The translations under genes and the position numbers were made by a program. Below the pieces are notes generated by a model, which saw only the letters and a list, made by a program, of their open reading frames with translations, ran no database searches and was not told where the DNA came from. Of a stretch of DNA of 64,000 nucleotides, positions 14,445 through 27,241 are shown piece after piece. The stretch comes from Tilletiaria anomala UBC 951. Lineage: Eukaryota. Position 1 is the first letter of the stretch; each line of letters starts with the position of its first letter. The stretch spans positions 124,001 through 188,000 of the forward strand of contig NW_013547021.1 in assembly GCF_000711695.1 (NCBI RefSeq), written 5' to 3'.

Positions 14445-17411
14445 TCAGCCATTGTAGAAAAGGGTGTCCTTCTGAGCCGTGAGACCACTTTGTGAGCTTG
14501 GCGCGCACGGTCTGCCAATGACACCTGCCGGGTTCTCTCCTCGGCTGGTAGAAAACGCTTCGTGGAAGGCCGAGGCAGCCGGGTGGCCTGGAGGTGGAAG
14601 TGGGCTAGCGTTTGCGTCGCTACGCCATGCACTTTCGCCAGGCCCAGGTGTCAGCCGGTGAGCATCACCAGGCCCAGGAGACCAGATGTTGCTCGATGGG
14701 CCAAGAGACGAGTGCTGAGAGCTGCCAATACCTCCAAACAGCATGTGCCCTCGCGGGAGTGCAGACGCTTGGCTGCGCAGTGCGGTAGAGTGCTCCGCCC
14801 CAGGTGGTGCCGTTGATGGCTGCTTGGGTCCGTTGAGGACTTGCAGCAGTAGATCTTGCGCTGTGGCTGGGGCTGGACCGCGACCAGCATCCTCGAATGC
14901 AGACGACGGTTGTTGCAACATCCCGGCAAGCGGATGCGCTTGTGGCTTCGCGACTTGAGGAATGAGAATATGTTCGTCCTCTTCTTCTTCTTCAGCCGTA
15001 AATCTCGACAACTCGTCCCCGCCTTCGCGGCGGTCAACCGCTTGCATGGCGAGATCCACAACGTCCTCCGTAGCCTCTGAAGCACCTTCGGACATTCCAT
15101 CTGTGGTAGGTGCATCTTTTGGCTTTTCAAGCACACCCGGGAGCTGGCGTTTGCCTTTGATAACATCTGCTGGGAAAAAGAAAGCATTTTGCAGATCGTC
15201 ATAGACGATCGGACTGGCACTGGACTCGGCGATGACTTTGGCGTCCACAAGCAGGTCTGAGATGCGCATGAGCTGCTCCTCGTTGGGGTGCGCCTCATTG
15301 CTTCTGACTACGCCGTACGCATCCCCCATTCCCGCATTTGCAAACGGAATCATTGCCCTTTTGATAGGGGCGAAGCCACGCATATCGAGGTCCTCTTCCA
15401 AACACAGAGAAGGAACCCCAAGCGGACCGTCTGAGCCAAGGACTGGTAACATGTCGTATGGGAACGCAAAACGGAGGCTGTTCATAAAGTCGGTGTACGA
15501 GCGCCAGAAGGCCGTCACATTTTCGATGACGCTTTGATCTGCTGCATTTTGATCCGACTTTGCTGATCCGTACACAGAATAGTTTGTTGCTCCCTGAAGA
15601 GCTTGCCGCAAATCTTCCTCGGCTTTGGCAGCCTTTTCCGTAGATCGCTGTACGTAGTCGAGATGGCTCTTGATCCACTTGTTGCAGATTCGGAGCGCCG
15701 GGAGCATGCGCCGAAAGACTGCGGTGATGTTCGTCGAAACAGCTTTCTGATTCATGGGAACAGTGCCAGCATCGCGAGCAGCTTGGACTGCCTCGTCGCA
15801 CTCGGAGCGAGAAATGTCGGCCAAGACCTTGAATAAGACCAGTACGTGGCTCATTATCTGCAGTTCGACGCTAAGCCGATGCCTGCGCTCAAGCACCAAT
15901 GCCGCAGGATTTGTGTTACTCGTCGCGTCAGATTTCGAGGATGCAGAGCTTTTCCATAGCCTGGCGGTCCAGGATGCAGAAAGGGCAATGACGATGAGGT
16001 GTACCACTTGGTCGGTCTGCAAAGCGCGGTCGCGAAGTAAAGCGGCCAAATTCGCGTGGACTCTTCCAGCCAGTACAAGCATGTCCTTCAAGCTGCATGA
16101 GAAAAAAGGAGAACACGAAACTTGAGTCTTACATCGGGATACAAACACATTCGAGGCATTCCGAGTGTTGCCTCACCTAGCTCTGAGGTAGAACATGGCG
16201 TGTAGTGCAACAAAGTCTGGAAGCCAAATATCTGTGGTGCGGTCACGCTTTCGGTTCGCGACGGCTTTTGCGCTTGAGGCACCATCGTTTCTCCACAACC
16301 CCAAAGCCTTTTTGAATGTACTTTCAAGATTTTGACGAGCCGAATCGAATGGCGTCTTGACGCAAAGCGCCCGGTAGTAGTGATAGACGGCACTGAAGTG
16401 ATCGTGGTGATACATGGCGATCACTGCAATTTGATTGGATGGATTGCCATTATTGGGGAGTAGCGTCCGTGCTTGCTCGTAACAGGCGACTGCTCGGCTG
16501 TACTCAGCCTTCTTTAGCACCGGTCGAAGCCGTTGGCCATTGGAACCACCACGGCCACATTTGGAAACACCTTTACCCTCGCGATTAGTTTGTGGGCCTT
16601 CGGAACGACTCTGCGGCTCGTTGTACATCTCTCTGTACCTCGCAAGATCCCCGCAGCAGATGAGTGCCTTGTGCATCACATCGAGGAGTCGGTGACGGTT
16701 GCTCGGCTGCTGGGCAGCATATTTGACATCCCCTTCTACCTCTCTTGGCGCAGGGGCAACACGAGCTGACCGATCAAACGCTGCAGACGTCATATCTCCG
16801 GACGTTGTCCATGTCGCATCTGATGCGCTGACATTGTCATCGCAAGGGATGTCCAGGGCTTCGAGGCATACGCGAGCCTCTTCCAAGCCAAAGACTCGGA
16901 CGACGCGGCTGGCCAACTCCTGCCAAAAGGTCTCTTCTGCAGCTAGAAATTTGCGAAAGTCCGACAGCGTCTTTGAGTACTCTGCCGCCTTTTGCTTTTT
17001 GGCAGACTTGTTAAGAGCTGGCTGAGCGGCCGCGGCATCGTTGCCATCGGCTGTGTAGGGAACTTTACCTGCGTGGATAACTTTCTTAAGATCAGAAAGC
17101 AGCGCGCGGTAGGATGCTACAAGCGGATGCGTGGTCTCAATCCATAAAAAGACGTCGATGCCGTGCGAGTCGCGGGTGAATGGATGCCCGAAGAGGAGAT
17201 TCAGAAGCGTATTCCGCAGGTTCTTCCTGGCGAACTCGACCTCTCCACTACTGGGCTTTGCATGGCTCTCCTCTAAGAGCGCCTTGAGGCTAGCCTTGAG
17301 CTGTTTTGCCTCCTGTAGCAGCTGTGGCGAGCTCCGTGCCGTGCCAGAGCTGGGTGCCCGGCTGGAAGACATGAGCGCTGCTGGGCTCTGTGGCCGGGGC
17401 GTTGCCTCCAA
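14445..17411 (-). CDS. Est1/SMG7(Ebs1)-like TPR/14-3-3-like protein (telomerase or NMD related); start approximate
   Basis: ICCGDLARYRE...YEQARTLLPNNGNPSNQIAVIA...AVYHYYRALCVKTPFDSARQNL (Est1 domain) and LEEDLDMRGFAP. Intron about 16092-16176. Confidence 0.8.
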
Positions 17412-17902
17412 GCCCGATGACGCGGTGAATGACTTAACACTACGAGCGCGGCCCTTCCATCTTGCCTGGCAATCCTGCGTCGACGAATGCTTCGGGACAG
17501 TTGCGACGGGCCACGTTCCACAAGGACAGAGGAGATGAACTCTTAGAAGAGTGAACTCTCCGTGTGTTTGACCATCTTCGGCGCCTGATGGAGAAAAAGT
17601 CGAGTCGATGGAGAATGGAATGTTGTGACCGAGCGGGGGGGGTGCGGAAGGGTGAATCAGACGCGCACAGTCGCTTAGTGCCTGTGTTCCATTTTTTGCT
17701 CATGAACAACCAGCTGATGCTCAACCTGCCTTTTCGCGGTGCATACTGTGAGGGCTTCTCGAGGTCATGCTACAATCATATACAAGCCTTAAGTTAGCCT
17801 CGAGCGGCGTCGACATGCGGACCGGGCAGAGCTGGACAGGAAAAAGGAGATTCGACTCCGCGCGTCTATGTGTACAACAAGTGTGCTATGCGAATGGGGA
17901 TA

Positions 17903-19272
17903 TCAAGACATTTTCGTGGTAACGGCCTGACGCATTGTCGCCGGAGGTGGGAAAAATTAGTGAATGAAATTAGAAAAGACATACCCACCCAGTCAGGCTC
18001 ACCTCGAGCTCGGCTGTCTTTCCTACATTACGCCGCTTTGCTCCCTGGGACCCGCCCTCGGACTGCATATCCTGCACTCTTTTGCCACTCCCTTTGGACT
18101 TGCGGCCCGTCGACCCCGGTTTCTCGCTCACCGCTGCAGCCTCGACCTTGTGATCCCCACCGGCCTTTCTCTGCTCCTCGAGGGCTCGGTTGACCTCCCA
18201 GTAGAGGTATGCATCACGATTTGAACCGTCAAATCCCTGCTCGGCGCCCTCTTCATCGTCCTTGGCCGAGCGTGGTGGTGCAAGTGATTTGCTCAGCGGA
18301 TCCAGCTCGCGCAAGCCAGACACGTCCTTGCATACAGCGGAGGCATCAGCGCGTACTTTTTTCAGGCTATCAGCTTGGAGCGACGCAAGAATTGTGGTAC
18401 CAGATTTGCTTTGTAGTACGAAGTCAAAGTGGTCCTCCAGCGCGGCTGCTCGTGCGTGTTGCGCAGATGTGGTGGCAATGGCTCGATCGAGAATGTCGGC
18501 AGTCTGGCGCGCCTATCCACAAAACCAGCAAATAGAAAACGCATCAGTTGAGCTGGTTTGATCCGCACCCCTAGTAGATCTCTCTCACAGCTGCAATCTT
18601 GGCTCTTAACCGCTGCTCCTTACGGCTCAAGACTTTGTCCTGCACAATTGCAGATGTGACGCCATTGTCGTTGCGCAGATCCAAGCCGCGATGATGAGTG
18701 AGGGTGATGTGCTGCGCCTGTCGAGAGGTGACACCGAAGACATTGACCAGCGTCCAAAGCTCGACTGTGTCGTACATGTGGTCAAGCGCGTTTTCGAAAA
18801 GAGTGAGCACTTTGTGTGTGGACTACCAAAACATGAGGCAAATTATCTTCAGGAAAAAGGCTTGCACAAAGCAGTCGCAGCATCAGGTCACCTTTTCTGC
18901 TGCGATCACCTGTGGAGAGGGAAGGATATACGTCAGAAAGGGTCTTTTGTTCCTCTTGCTAAAGGGCGTCTCCTCACATATTCTGGCTCTTGTTCGGCCT
19001 CAGGAAACACGAATAATTGGATGATCAGGAATGTGTGCTTCATTGGCGGGCACTTGAGGCCTTACCTGCGTTTCATTTCTAGCCGCGACTGTACCCTCCA
19101 TTGCTTGTATGAGTGACTTCTCGAAGTGCTCCGCTAGAAAGTAAAGGTGCTCATTGGCGGCATACACGAGTTTGTCGATGAACCCTTTCGGATTGAACCC
19201 GAAGTGCTCGGTCAAGAGCTCGATATGCGCGTCGATGGAAGGAGCGTCTTGGGCTTGGAATGCAGATGACAT
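17903..19272 (-). CDS. MIS12: Kinetochore protein Mis12/Mtw1, multi-exon
   Basis: LLTEHFGFNPKGFIDKLVYAANE and LTLFENALDHMYDTVELWTLVNVFGV match the Mis12 N-terminal pattern. Last exon reads AVTTKMS* with the stop at 17903. Confidence 0.8.
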
Positions 19273-19799
19273 GTTTCCAGTTTTGACCACATAGGCTTTG
19301 ATACCTGCTGAATGATGCTACAAGTACCTTGCCAAAATGGGAAGAGGACCTTTCAATTATGGCATCTGGTGTTTGCAGATGTGAACAAGGCAGGATGGAG
19401 GATCGCAAAGCGTATGTATAATGTGGACATGTAGCCTGTAACCTTCATGTGTTGTGGTTAGAGATAGACGCGACACGCAGAGACGCGTCTGCGAGCATGT
19501 GGGCACGGGCGCACTGTCGCACTCACAACCTTGCAACAAAAGAATTGATTCCGCCAATCACATCAGGATTGTCATATCCTCGATTGCGCGGCCTCACCAC
19601 CACCACAGACTATAATCTACTCGGGTTGATAGCATACACCTCGAGCATTTTCGCACGTTAGTGCTTCGCATTAACTCTTTCCGAAGGCGCCCATCCTGTG
19701 CAGAAGACGCTGATTAAGAGGTATCGTATCACAAGCCTACCGCTCAACCGCCCTCCGACAAGAGCAACCAAAAGGTCACCGCCAAAAGTTACAGTCACG

Positions 19800-20506
19800 A
19801 TGGAGTGCTCATTCGGCATCACCGGCAAGGGCTACACCATCATCGCCTCCGATTCGACAGCAGGCAGATCCATCATCAAGATGAAATCGGATGAAGACAA
19901 GCAAAGGCAGCTGTCTAAACATCTAGTGATGGCCTACTCAGGAGAATCGGGGGACACAGTGCAATTTGCAGAATATGTCGAGAGGAACTTGCGCTTGTAC
20001 GGCATCCGGTAAGTGATACAGTATCGAGCTGGAAGAAGCCCTTATGAGCTGCCGCAGCTGACAATCGCAGATGCTCATTCGAAAACCTTTAATTAATCTT
20101 CAGTCACCACGTCGAATTGAGACCACAATCAGCGGCAGCATGGATCCGCAAGACACTTGCCGAGTCTTTGCGATCACGGAAACCGTACCAAGTCAACATG
20201 CTCTTGGCCGGCTTTGACCTGCCAACAGCTACACCGGCCCTCTACTGGATCGACTACTTGGGTACACTAGCGATCGTACCCTTTGCGGCGCACGGCTACG
20301 GTGCGCATTTTTGCCTCAGCACAATGGACAGATACCATAGCCCAGATATGAGCCTCGAGGATGGCTTGAAGTTGCTACAAAGATGCATTGGCGAACTCAA
20401 GCAACGGTTCATTGTTGATTTGGGAAAATGGAACGTTAGGGTCATCGATCACGAGGGAATACGGCAAGTAGAGCTGCAGGAGACAGACATTCCTGCGCCC
20501 GCATGA
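19800..20506 (+). CDS. PRE1: 20S proteasome beta subunit Pre1 (beta-4), 2 exons
   Basis: MECSFGITGKGY..., SGESGDTVQFAEY, LRSRKPYQVNMLLAG, LYWIDYLGT, AAHGYG. Intron about 20009-20103. Confidence 0.95.
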
Positions 20507-20620
20507 TCTGGGGCATTACGCCAAGAAGAATGCACACGTATCTCACATGACTAAACATTCGAGCACAGCGTGGATGTGTAAGAGTATGTGTCATATGATC
20601 CCGGTTATTTGGTGCGGATC

Positions 20621-22557
20621 TTAATGGCATTGACCGCCCGGACCACTGCGAATTCGCTCCGGAAAGCCAAAGCCTTCCGCATCAGCCTTGTAGTAACCAA
20701 GAGAGGAAAAGCGTGCATCTGACCCGACACCCTTATACGAGCGTCGAACACCGTACAGCTCTGCTAGCCGTTTGTCGCGCTCAGTCAGCCTCATCTGGAC
20801 ATGGTCTGTCCTCTTCCGAAGCCACCAGCTCGAAAGCAGCCAAGACTTCCGTCCGAACCGCTCGGAGTGCAAGCCAAGCCCGACTCTGCGCATTTTGCGA
20901 AGGTGCCTGAGTCCGAGGGCCGCACTCAAAGAGGCTCCAGCAAACGCGATGGTGCAAGCTCCGAAGAACGCGATGGGGTCATCCTCGAGGCCACTCTTCA
21001 GGTTCATACCAAAAAGGGACGCCCACAGGGCCCCTGCAGTCGCGCCGAGGGTGGTGATCGAGATTTTCAGATCGAGGGCGAGAAGCTGATTGCGATTGCC
21101 TACAACGCAAACGACAACCCATGCAGTCTTATCAGAGCCTGCATTCTGCGGGCTTGTAGCGTGAGGCAATGACTCACTGTCAAGGATCAGCTCAACGATC
21201 TCCTGCGTGCTACCAATATTAGATTGGAGATTGTCCGTCTCAGACACAACCTCCTCGATCTGACAGCACAGCGCAAGGGATAGTGAGGCGAGGCCAAGAA
21301 AGCGTGCTCGATGTGCAACCACGGCTCACCTGTTTATCGAAACTTTCTAAAAGCAGCTCGAGCTCGTCATATTCTTGCGCTAACGAGTCAGCTGTGCGTG
21401 GCTTGGAAAGATACATCCGTGCCATGTCTTCATCTTGCTCGCTGTTGAGAAAAGTTGTGCCATGACAATGCACCCGGGATTCCTTGTCAGCACTCGAAAG
21501 ACCCACACAAAAGACTTTGTAGCGCGCACAGAATTTCCGCTACCGCCCCTTTTACAGCTCGCGAGCGAGAGAAGAGACCGCTGACTTTTCGCCTATATTG
21601 CAGCAGCAAACGCAATTTTTCCCTGTCGATATCCTGATCGAACTCATCTAGGAGCGAGAAGACGAGGTGCTGTAAATTTCCAAGCTCTGAATAGAGCGCA
21701 TCCAGGACCGAGGACAATATTGTCTCCAGCGCGCGAAATTCGTAAGGCAGCTTCGAATCTTGGAACGCCTCCTCGTTGCGCTGTGAGGGGTTGTCTCCTG
21801 CTGCTTTCGGCTGTACTGGCTCACCCTGACCGCCTGTCTGTGTATACGGGGCATGGCTTTGTCGGTGTGCGAGACGTAGATTGTGCTCGAGGTTGTAGAC
21901 GAATGCAGAGTGCAAATGCGTGTCTGTTGACCCATAGCTGAACAACAGAAAGGGAAGTGTGAGAGTCAAAACATGGTAATTGCGGTCGTTGTTCGCAAGA
22001 AGTAGGACAGACCTGTCGAAGAGGAGGACAGTATCGCTTTTCACTAAGGCTCGAATGTGCAGCATATTGACGAGAAATGCCCCACGTCTAGCGAGAATGG
22101 TGGGGACGAGGTTTGGAACGCGAGAGTCGATCTTTCTTAGGTCTCGAAGTTCGAGGCCGTTGTTCTGCGCCAGCTCTTGTCGGCTGAAAGTGCCTGATAC
22201 GACACGTGGTGATCCTGCTTCATCAAAAATGGTGCATCGAAGTAGCAGCGAGGATGGTAGCGATCCTTTTGTGGCGGATTGATGGACATCTCTTAATCCA
22301 CGAGCGCGGGTGGCAGGCCGCATTGGTGCCACGCTCTGGCAATTGGAGTCAGATAGGATCAGATGAGTGTGGAAGGATGGAACCCGATGTGAACGCCAGC
22401 TGCGAGTTCCTTGGTGAGCAAAACTTGGGGCGGACAAGTGGAGCCTACGGCTGCGCGTGACGTGCAACGACGCGCTCGCCAGGCATATATCACTCCAGAC
22501 CGTCGTCCACAGTGAACACTGCTGTATTGGTTTTCGGAGGCGGTAGGCGTACGACAT
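20621..22557 (-). CDS. MRS2: Mitochondrial CorA-family Mg2+ transporter (Mrs2/Lpe10), multi-exon
   Basis: Arg/Ser-rich presequence, GLELRDLRKID, LPYEFRALE, ELELLLESF, RNQLLALDL and the GMN motif (LFGMNL) between two hydrophobic helices. Confidence 0.9.
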
Positions 22558-23468
22558 GACGTTCAGAAAAAAAGAAGGTCAAGGGTAGAATTGAGAGCAG
22601 AGAGCAAAATAGCCGCCTGTCCTTGTTTCGGGCTTACGCCTTTCGTGATATTTGATGTGCTTGGTTTTTGAACTGAGCAGTTCAAGGCTTTTGACCAGTA
22701 TCTATCGTCCAGTCGGGATCCAGCGTGCAACAGGTGTGCGTAGTCCCTGTTGCACCTCATCAGCGACTTCTGCATACGTGGCTCACCCAACTATATACAA
22801 AACGACGGGGTCTATACATGTTGTAGCTTGTGCACCAATGCGGTCACGAGGTGGTGATGGAGAGAGGTATTGCTCACACGGCACATTATGAATACCACAC
22901 GTTGAGAACTTGTTTTGATTCGGTGCAAAGCATGAGGCTCGTCTCGCAGCGCACAGCATGAGGATATGAGGATGGATACATTGATAGAGTTGCGTCGCAT
23001 CTTCATTGCACGCATTTTATTAACAGATTGCCGCCTGATCGCTTGATCATTACTTGCATTTGTCATTCTTGTTATGTAATGCTCTAGTTGCCGATAGTTG
23101 CAGACTCGGTGTAGGCTGCTCGTAGCTCTGAGCTCGTGTCACGAAACGCATTCCAAGCGAGCAATATTCAGCGCTCTTTCAAAGTCGATGCTTGCCTCCC
23201 CAAACCAAGGTACCAGCCCCTCAAACCCGAATGGCATGCTCCACGTGCCCTCACCACCGCGATCATCGCTCTCCAATTTCAACCGCGCCACCAGCACGTA
23301 TGCTGTGCTGTTAAAAGCTTGAGCAAAGGCAAAGACATTGACCGTGCAGATTGGATGTGGGACGCTCGTGAATGACCTCCATCTTCCCATGCAGTCGAGT
23401 CAGAAACGCCTTCCTGCATATTGACAGCACAAGGCTGGTCGTCGCTTCCTGATAACAGGCAACTCAAC

Positions 23469-25175
23469 ATGTGTGCATCGTCGACCTCCGCTTTTGACTA
23501 CGAAGATCGGTGCAAACGCATCCTTGTGCTTGCGCCCTTCAAATGTAAAGGGGCCGGCGACAGTCAAGAGGTAGCAAGAGCGAGGCGGGCAGCCATTCAT
23601 CAAGCGCGAGCTGTCATATCAAGTGAGCAAGAGGCTCCTCTCCAGGGCCTGTTTGAAGGCCGCCATACTGACACGACTTGTCTGGATACTTCAACACAGT
23701 CATCTCGCAGGGTGATGATTGCGAAGGCGTTCGGCCTGCTACTACTCAACATGCGCTCAATCATGACAATGAGGAGGGTTCCGCCAGGTTCGAAGTCTCA
23801 ATGCAAAGCTCAGATCAAGAAGAGAATACCCACCCCGTAGGCTGGGTCATCGATAACAAGTACTACACTGCTTGCGTTCATTTTCTCGTCCAGCCGTTGC
23901 AGTTGCCGCCGCATATCTCGCGACGCTCACGAATGTCATCCATAGAATTCTCGCTTGGGACAACACATCTCCAGGAAGCGGTGCAGGATGTCAAGGCAAT
24001 CTTGGTGTGCCTTGCCGGTCTGAACGATGTGAGCCTTCCCTGCTTGCGACCGGCTATCCACTTTGAAAGCCTAATGTTCCAGCTTATCCCTTTTCGTGGA
24101 CGTTGGTTGCATGTCCCAGCCAAAAGATCAAGAACAGCTATCTGAAATCCTCGACAAATCCACGGATACGGAAGAGCTTGAGGTAGCGATGGTGCTATCG
24201 TCTGGGTCAAGTCACCATCTAGTGGTGCAAATAGCCGGAGAAGAGCGGGCCAATGCGATCGCAAGCACGAATATGAGTAACAAGCAATGGTGCTCTGAGG
24301 ATCTGTTCTCCACAGGAGGGTGGGAATTTGTGGACCTATTCCCAGGTGCCGACGGGATATTCTCGGACGAACACCTTCGGGATCACGATGGAGACGGCGA
24401 TGGCTACGCCGACTCAGCTAGTGGACGTAGTCAAGAGGACGGCGTGGAACGGGTCAGACACGCTCTCATGTCACACATGTGGCCAGGTCTTCAGAGGAAG
24501 CTTCCGATTCGTCAGACGAAAGATCTTCGCCCACCCCCCCCTTCGTCTGCACTGTCTCACGACACGGCTGGCTTCTCATCCACTGCGGCACCGCGTTTTC
24601 TTGCAGATGAAGGTATGGAAGGGTGTAGTGTTGGTTCCGTATCCGCGTCGGAATTACCAGACGATGTCGATTTGCTGCTCCAAGGTCTTCCCGATGGATC
24701 GATGGGAACGGGGATGCCCCACGCTGAACCCACAGCAGAAGACGAGGCCCTAGCTTCTGCATTTCTAGAGCAGATCAGATCTTTTGAGAGCAGCACCTTG
24801 GCAGATGGTGTTCAGCATGACGCCGCATCGACAGCACAACGCCTTCTCGACGCACAACGCAATCTGGAGCGCTTTCTCGAACAAGAAGACGCTAATTGGT
24901 CCGGCACAGCATCGGCGACATCTAGAAGGGCGCCCGATACCACCTTTGGGCCGTCTGCTTTCGATGATGACTTTGCTGAATTTGTCAGCACGTCTGTGCC
25001 ATCCTCAACGGACGAAGCGTCATTCGAGTTTGACATGGGGCGCGGACTCGACCTAGTGACACTCGAGGCGCTTCAGGGTGAGGCACAGCGCGTCCGTACT
25101 ATCGGCGATGAAGAGACCCGAGAGGTTGAGGCGGCACGCCTAGCACTAGCTCTTGCGTCGCTGCTTACTGGCTAG
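23469..25175 (+). CDS. IRC6: Alpha/gamma-adaptin-binding protein p34 (Irc6/AAGAB family), 3 exons
   Basis: WVIDNKYYTA, GWEFVD and GVERVRHALMSHMWP are family motifs. Acidic tail FDDDFAEFV. In-frame intron 23622-23699 and a second at about 24029-24118. Confidence 0.75.
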
Positions 25176-25384
25176 CGCTGAGCGCTCTTTTGTACACGTC
25201 CGTGTTCGTCACGTTGGAGAGCCATCCTTAGCACCAACCTGTCTGCATGCTTGAGTCAAGAAACTGAGAAGGAAAAGCATAAGTGTGCGATGTCACAAAA
25301 GATAGGGTGATCAAGAGACACATAGGGTGGAATTAGACAATGCGATGTGAAGCTATATAAACACAGCGAAAATGGCGCTTTGAT

Positions 25385-27241
25385 TCAGGTGGCGGCCACC
25401 ACTTGAGAGAGCCCGAAGTAATCTTCCATTTTGGGTCCCAGAAACGATCGCGATCGCGGCATGCCTTGTACGGGTACAAAAGCGCTAGCAGCATGATACC
25501 CAGGTGCCGATTTGTAATGGCTCAAGCTTGGGCGGCGTCCAGCGAGCCGAAAAGATGCGGACAATGCACTCTCAGGGTCGACAGAGAGCTCCGCAAGTGA
25601 ACGCAGCGCATGTTGGTAGGTCTCGCCAGACGTGTTGAAGCATGACATGACGCGGTGGAAAGGATCCCGCGTAAGATCGCTTTTGGAAAGTTGGGATGAG
25701 GCGAATTCGGCAAATCTGTTTTGAGTGAACGATTTGAGCTTGAGAATATAGTTTGACCAATTTTGAGGCGAAGGGGAAAGGTCATAGTTGCAAATGCGCA
25801 AGTAAAACCTCTCAATGCTATTGAGTTCAGAAAGCGGAATTCCAGTGACCTCATGCCAAGTTTTGTTAAGAAAGGTGTTGTCGTCTAGGTGCTCTAATGA
25901 TTGAAGAACATACCATATATCAGGAAAATAGCTTGTGGATCAATACTCAAGCGCACACTTACTATTTGCGATCATCAAGCCGAGGGTGAAAAGCTTGAAT
26001 GGAGATGACGACGTCGGTGACAAAAAAAAATGCGAGTATTCGTCGTGAAGTCGATAGCTGTCAGCAGCGAGCAAGGTCGGTATGCGCAGGATGTAGTACA
26101 GAGCAAGAAAAAGTGTCGTTGGCGAAACAAGTGTTTGAGACAGCACCTGAGAAACAAAATGATGCAGGATCTTGAGCGCCTGAGGTTGTTGAGCGATGAA
26201 TGGATCCGAACAGGTAGCTTCCGACAGGATGGTTGGCCGGCCATCGAGCTTCAGGGAAGGAAGGCATTTGCTTGAGCGTTGCGCAGAGGGGGGGAAAGTT
26301 GCGAGTTGCAACGCTTCGCGCACCCCTGATGAAGTTGCTGTCGTCTGATGGTACGAGGGAATCGGGCTTGACGACGGCTGGTAGCCTTTGTCATTGACAG
26401 AGAATCCGGCGTCAAGCGAGCCGCATTTGAGACAGTCGGAGAGAGCGACAACGACCCCAGATGCCAAGTTGACAAGTTGGACAGCTGATCGATGAAAGCT
26501 ACGAGGTGAAGGCGGCGACTGGTCGTTTGTCTGTTTGGAGCGACGTTGATTTTCATACTGGCCAGTGTGCTCGTACGAAGGTTCGCGCTGATATTGATGA
26601 GAATGATAGCTCTGAAGCGACATGGTATCTTCACCCACGACACTGCATTGCTGCTGATACGACAGTGCATAAAGCTGAATGTTCATTCCATGCCTATTAT
26701 CCGGACGCGGAGGTTGCCAAGTCCGTGCAGATGGCTGGTAAGCACGGCCTACTCCCCCTGGTTGGACTGCTCCAGCCCAACGCCTGTCGATGTCCGAATG
26801 CATTGGCCCCGGATCCCATCTGGCAGGCGCAAGTACAGCTGCTTGATTTGTTTGCTCGTTAGGCGCGACCTTGGCTAAGCGATGAGCAAGGAGAAGTTCC
26901 TGCTCCACATGGTGATGGTGCTGCGCGAAGGACGGGATGTGGCCCCCAGGTGAGGGATTGGCCGGCACAAAGCCCCATGGGCCGACTGTACCAGGGAGCG
27001 ACGATGGAAGCCAAACAGCACGCTCAGAAGCTGAGCGAGCTGCAGCGGCAGTGAGCTTCGGCGCTGGAGGTGGTGCGAACACGCTTGAGGGGTAATAGCA
27101 CAAGGGCGCCGACACGGGGATCGTGTGATGAACAGGTGGAGCACCTACTGTGCACGCTTGTTGGCTGAAATCGGAAGGCACAGTCGAGGGTACGAAGCTT
27201 GGCGCGCCATAGAAGGCCGCATGAGCTTGATAAGAGTCCAT
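25385..27241 (-). CDS. Pho85-type cyclin (Clg1/Pcl-like), 2 exons
   Basis: Cyclin box HFVSQVLSQTLVSPTTLFLALYYI...LFTLGLMIAN|...LDDNTFLNKTWHEVTGIPLSELNSIERFYL, preceded by a long Pro/Gln-rich N-terminus. Confidence 0.82.
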
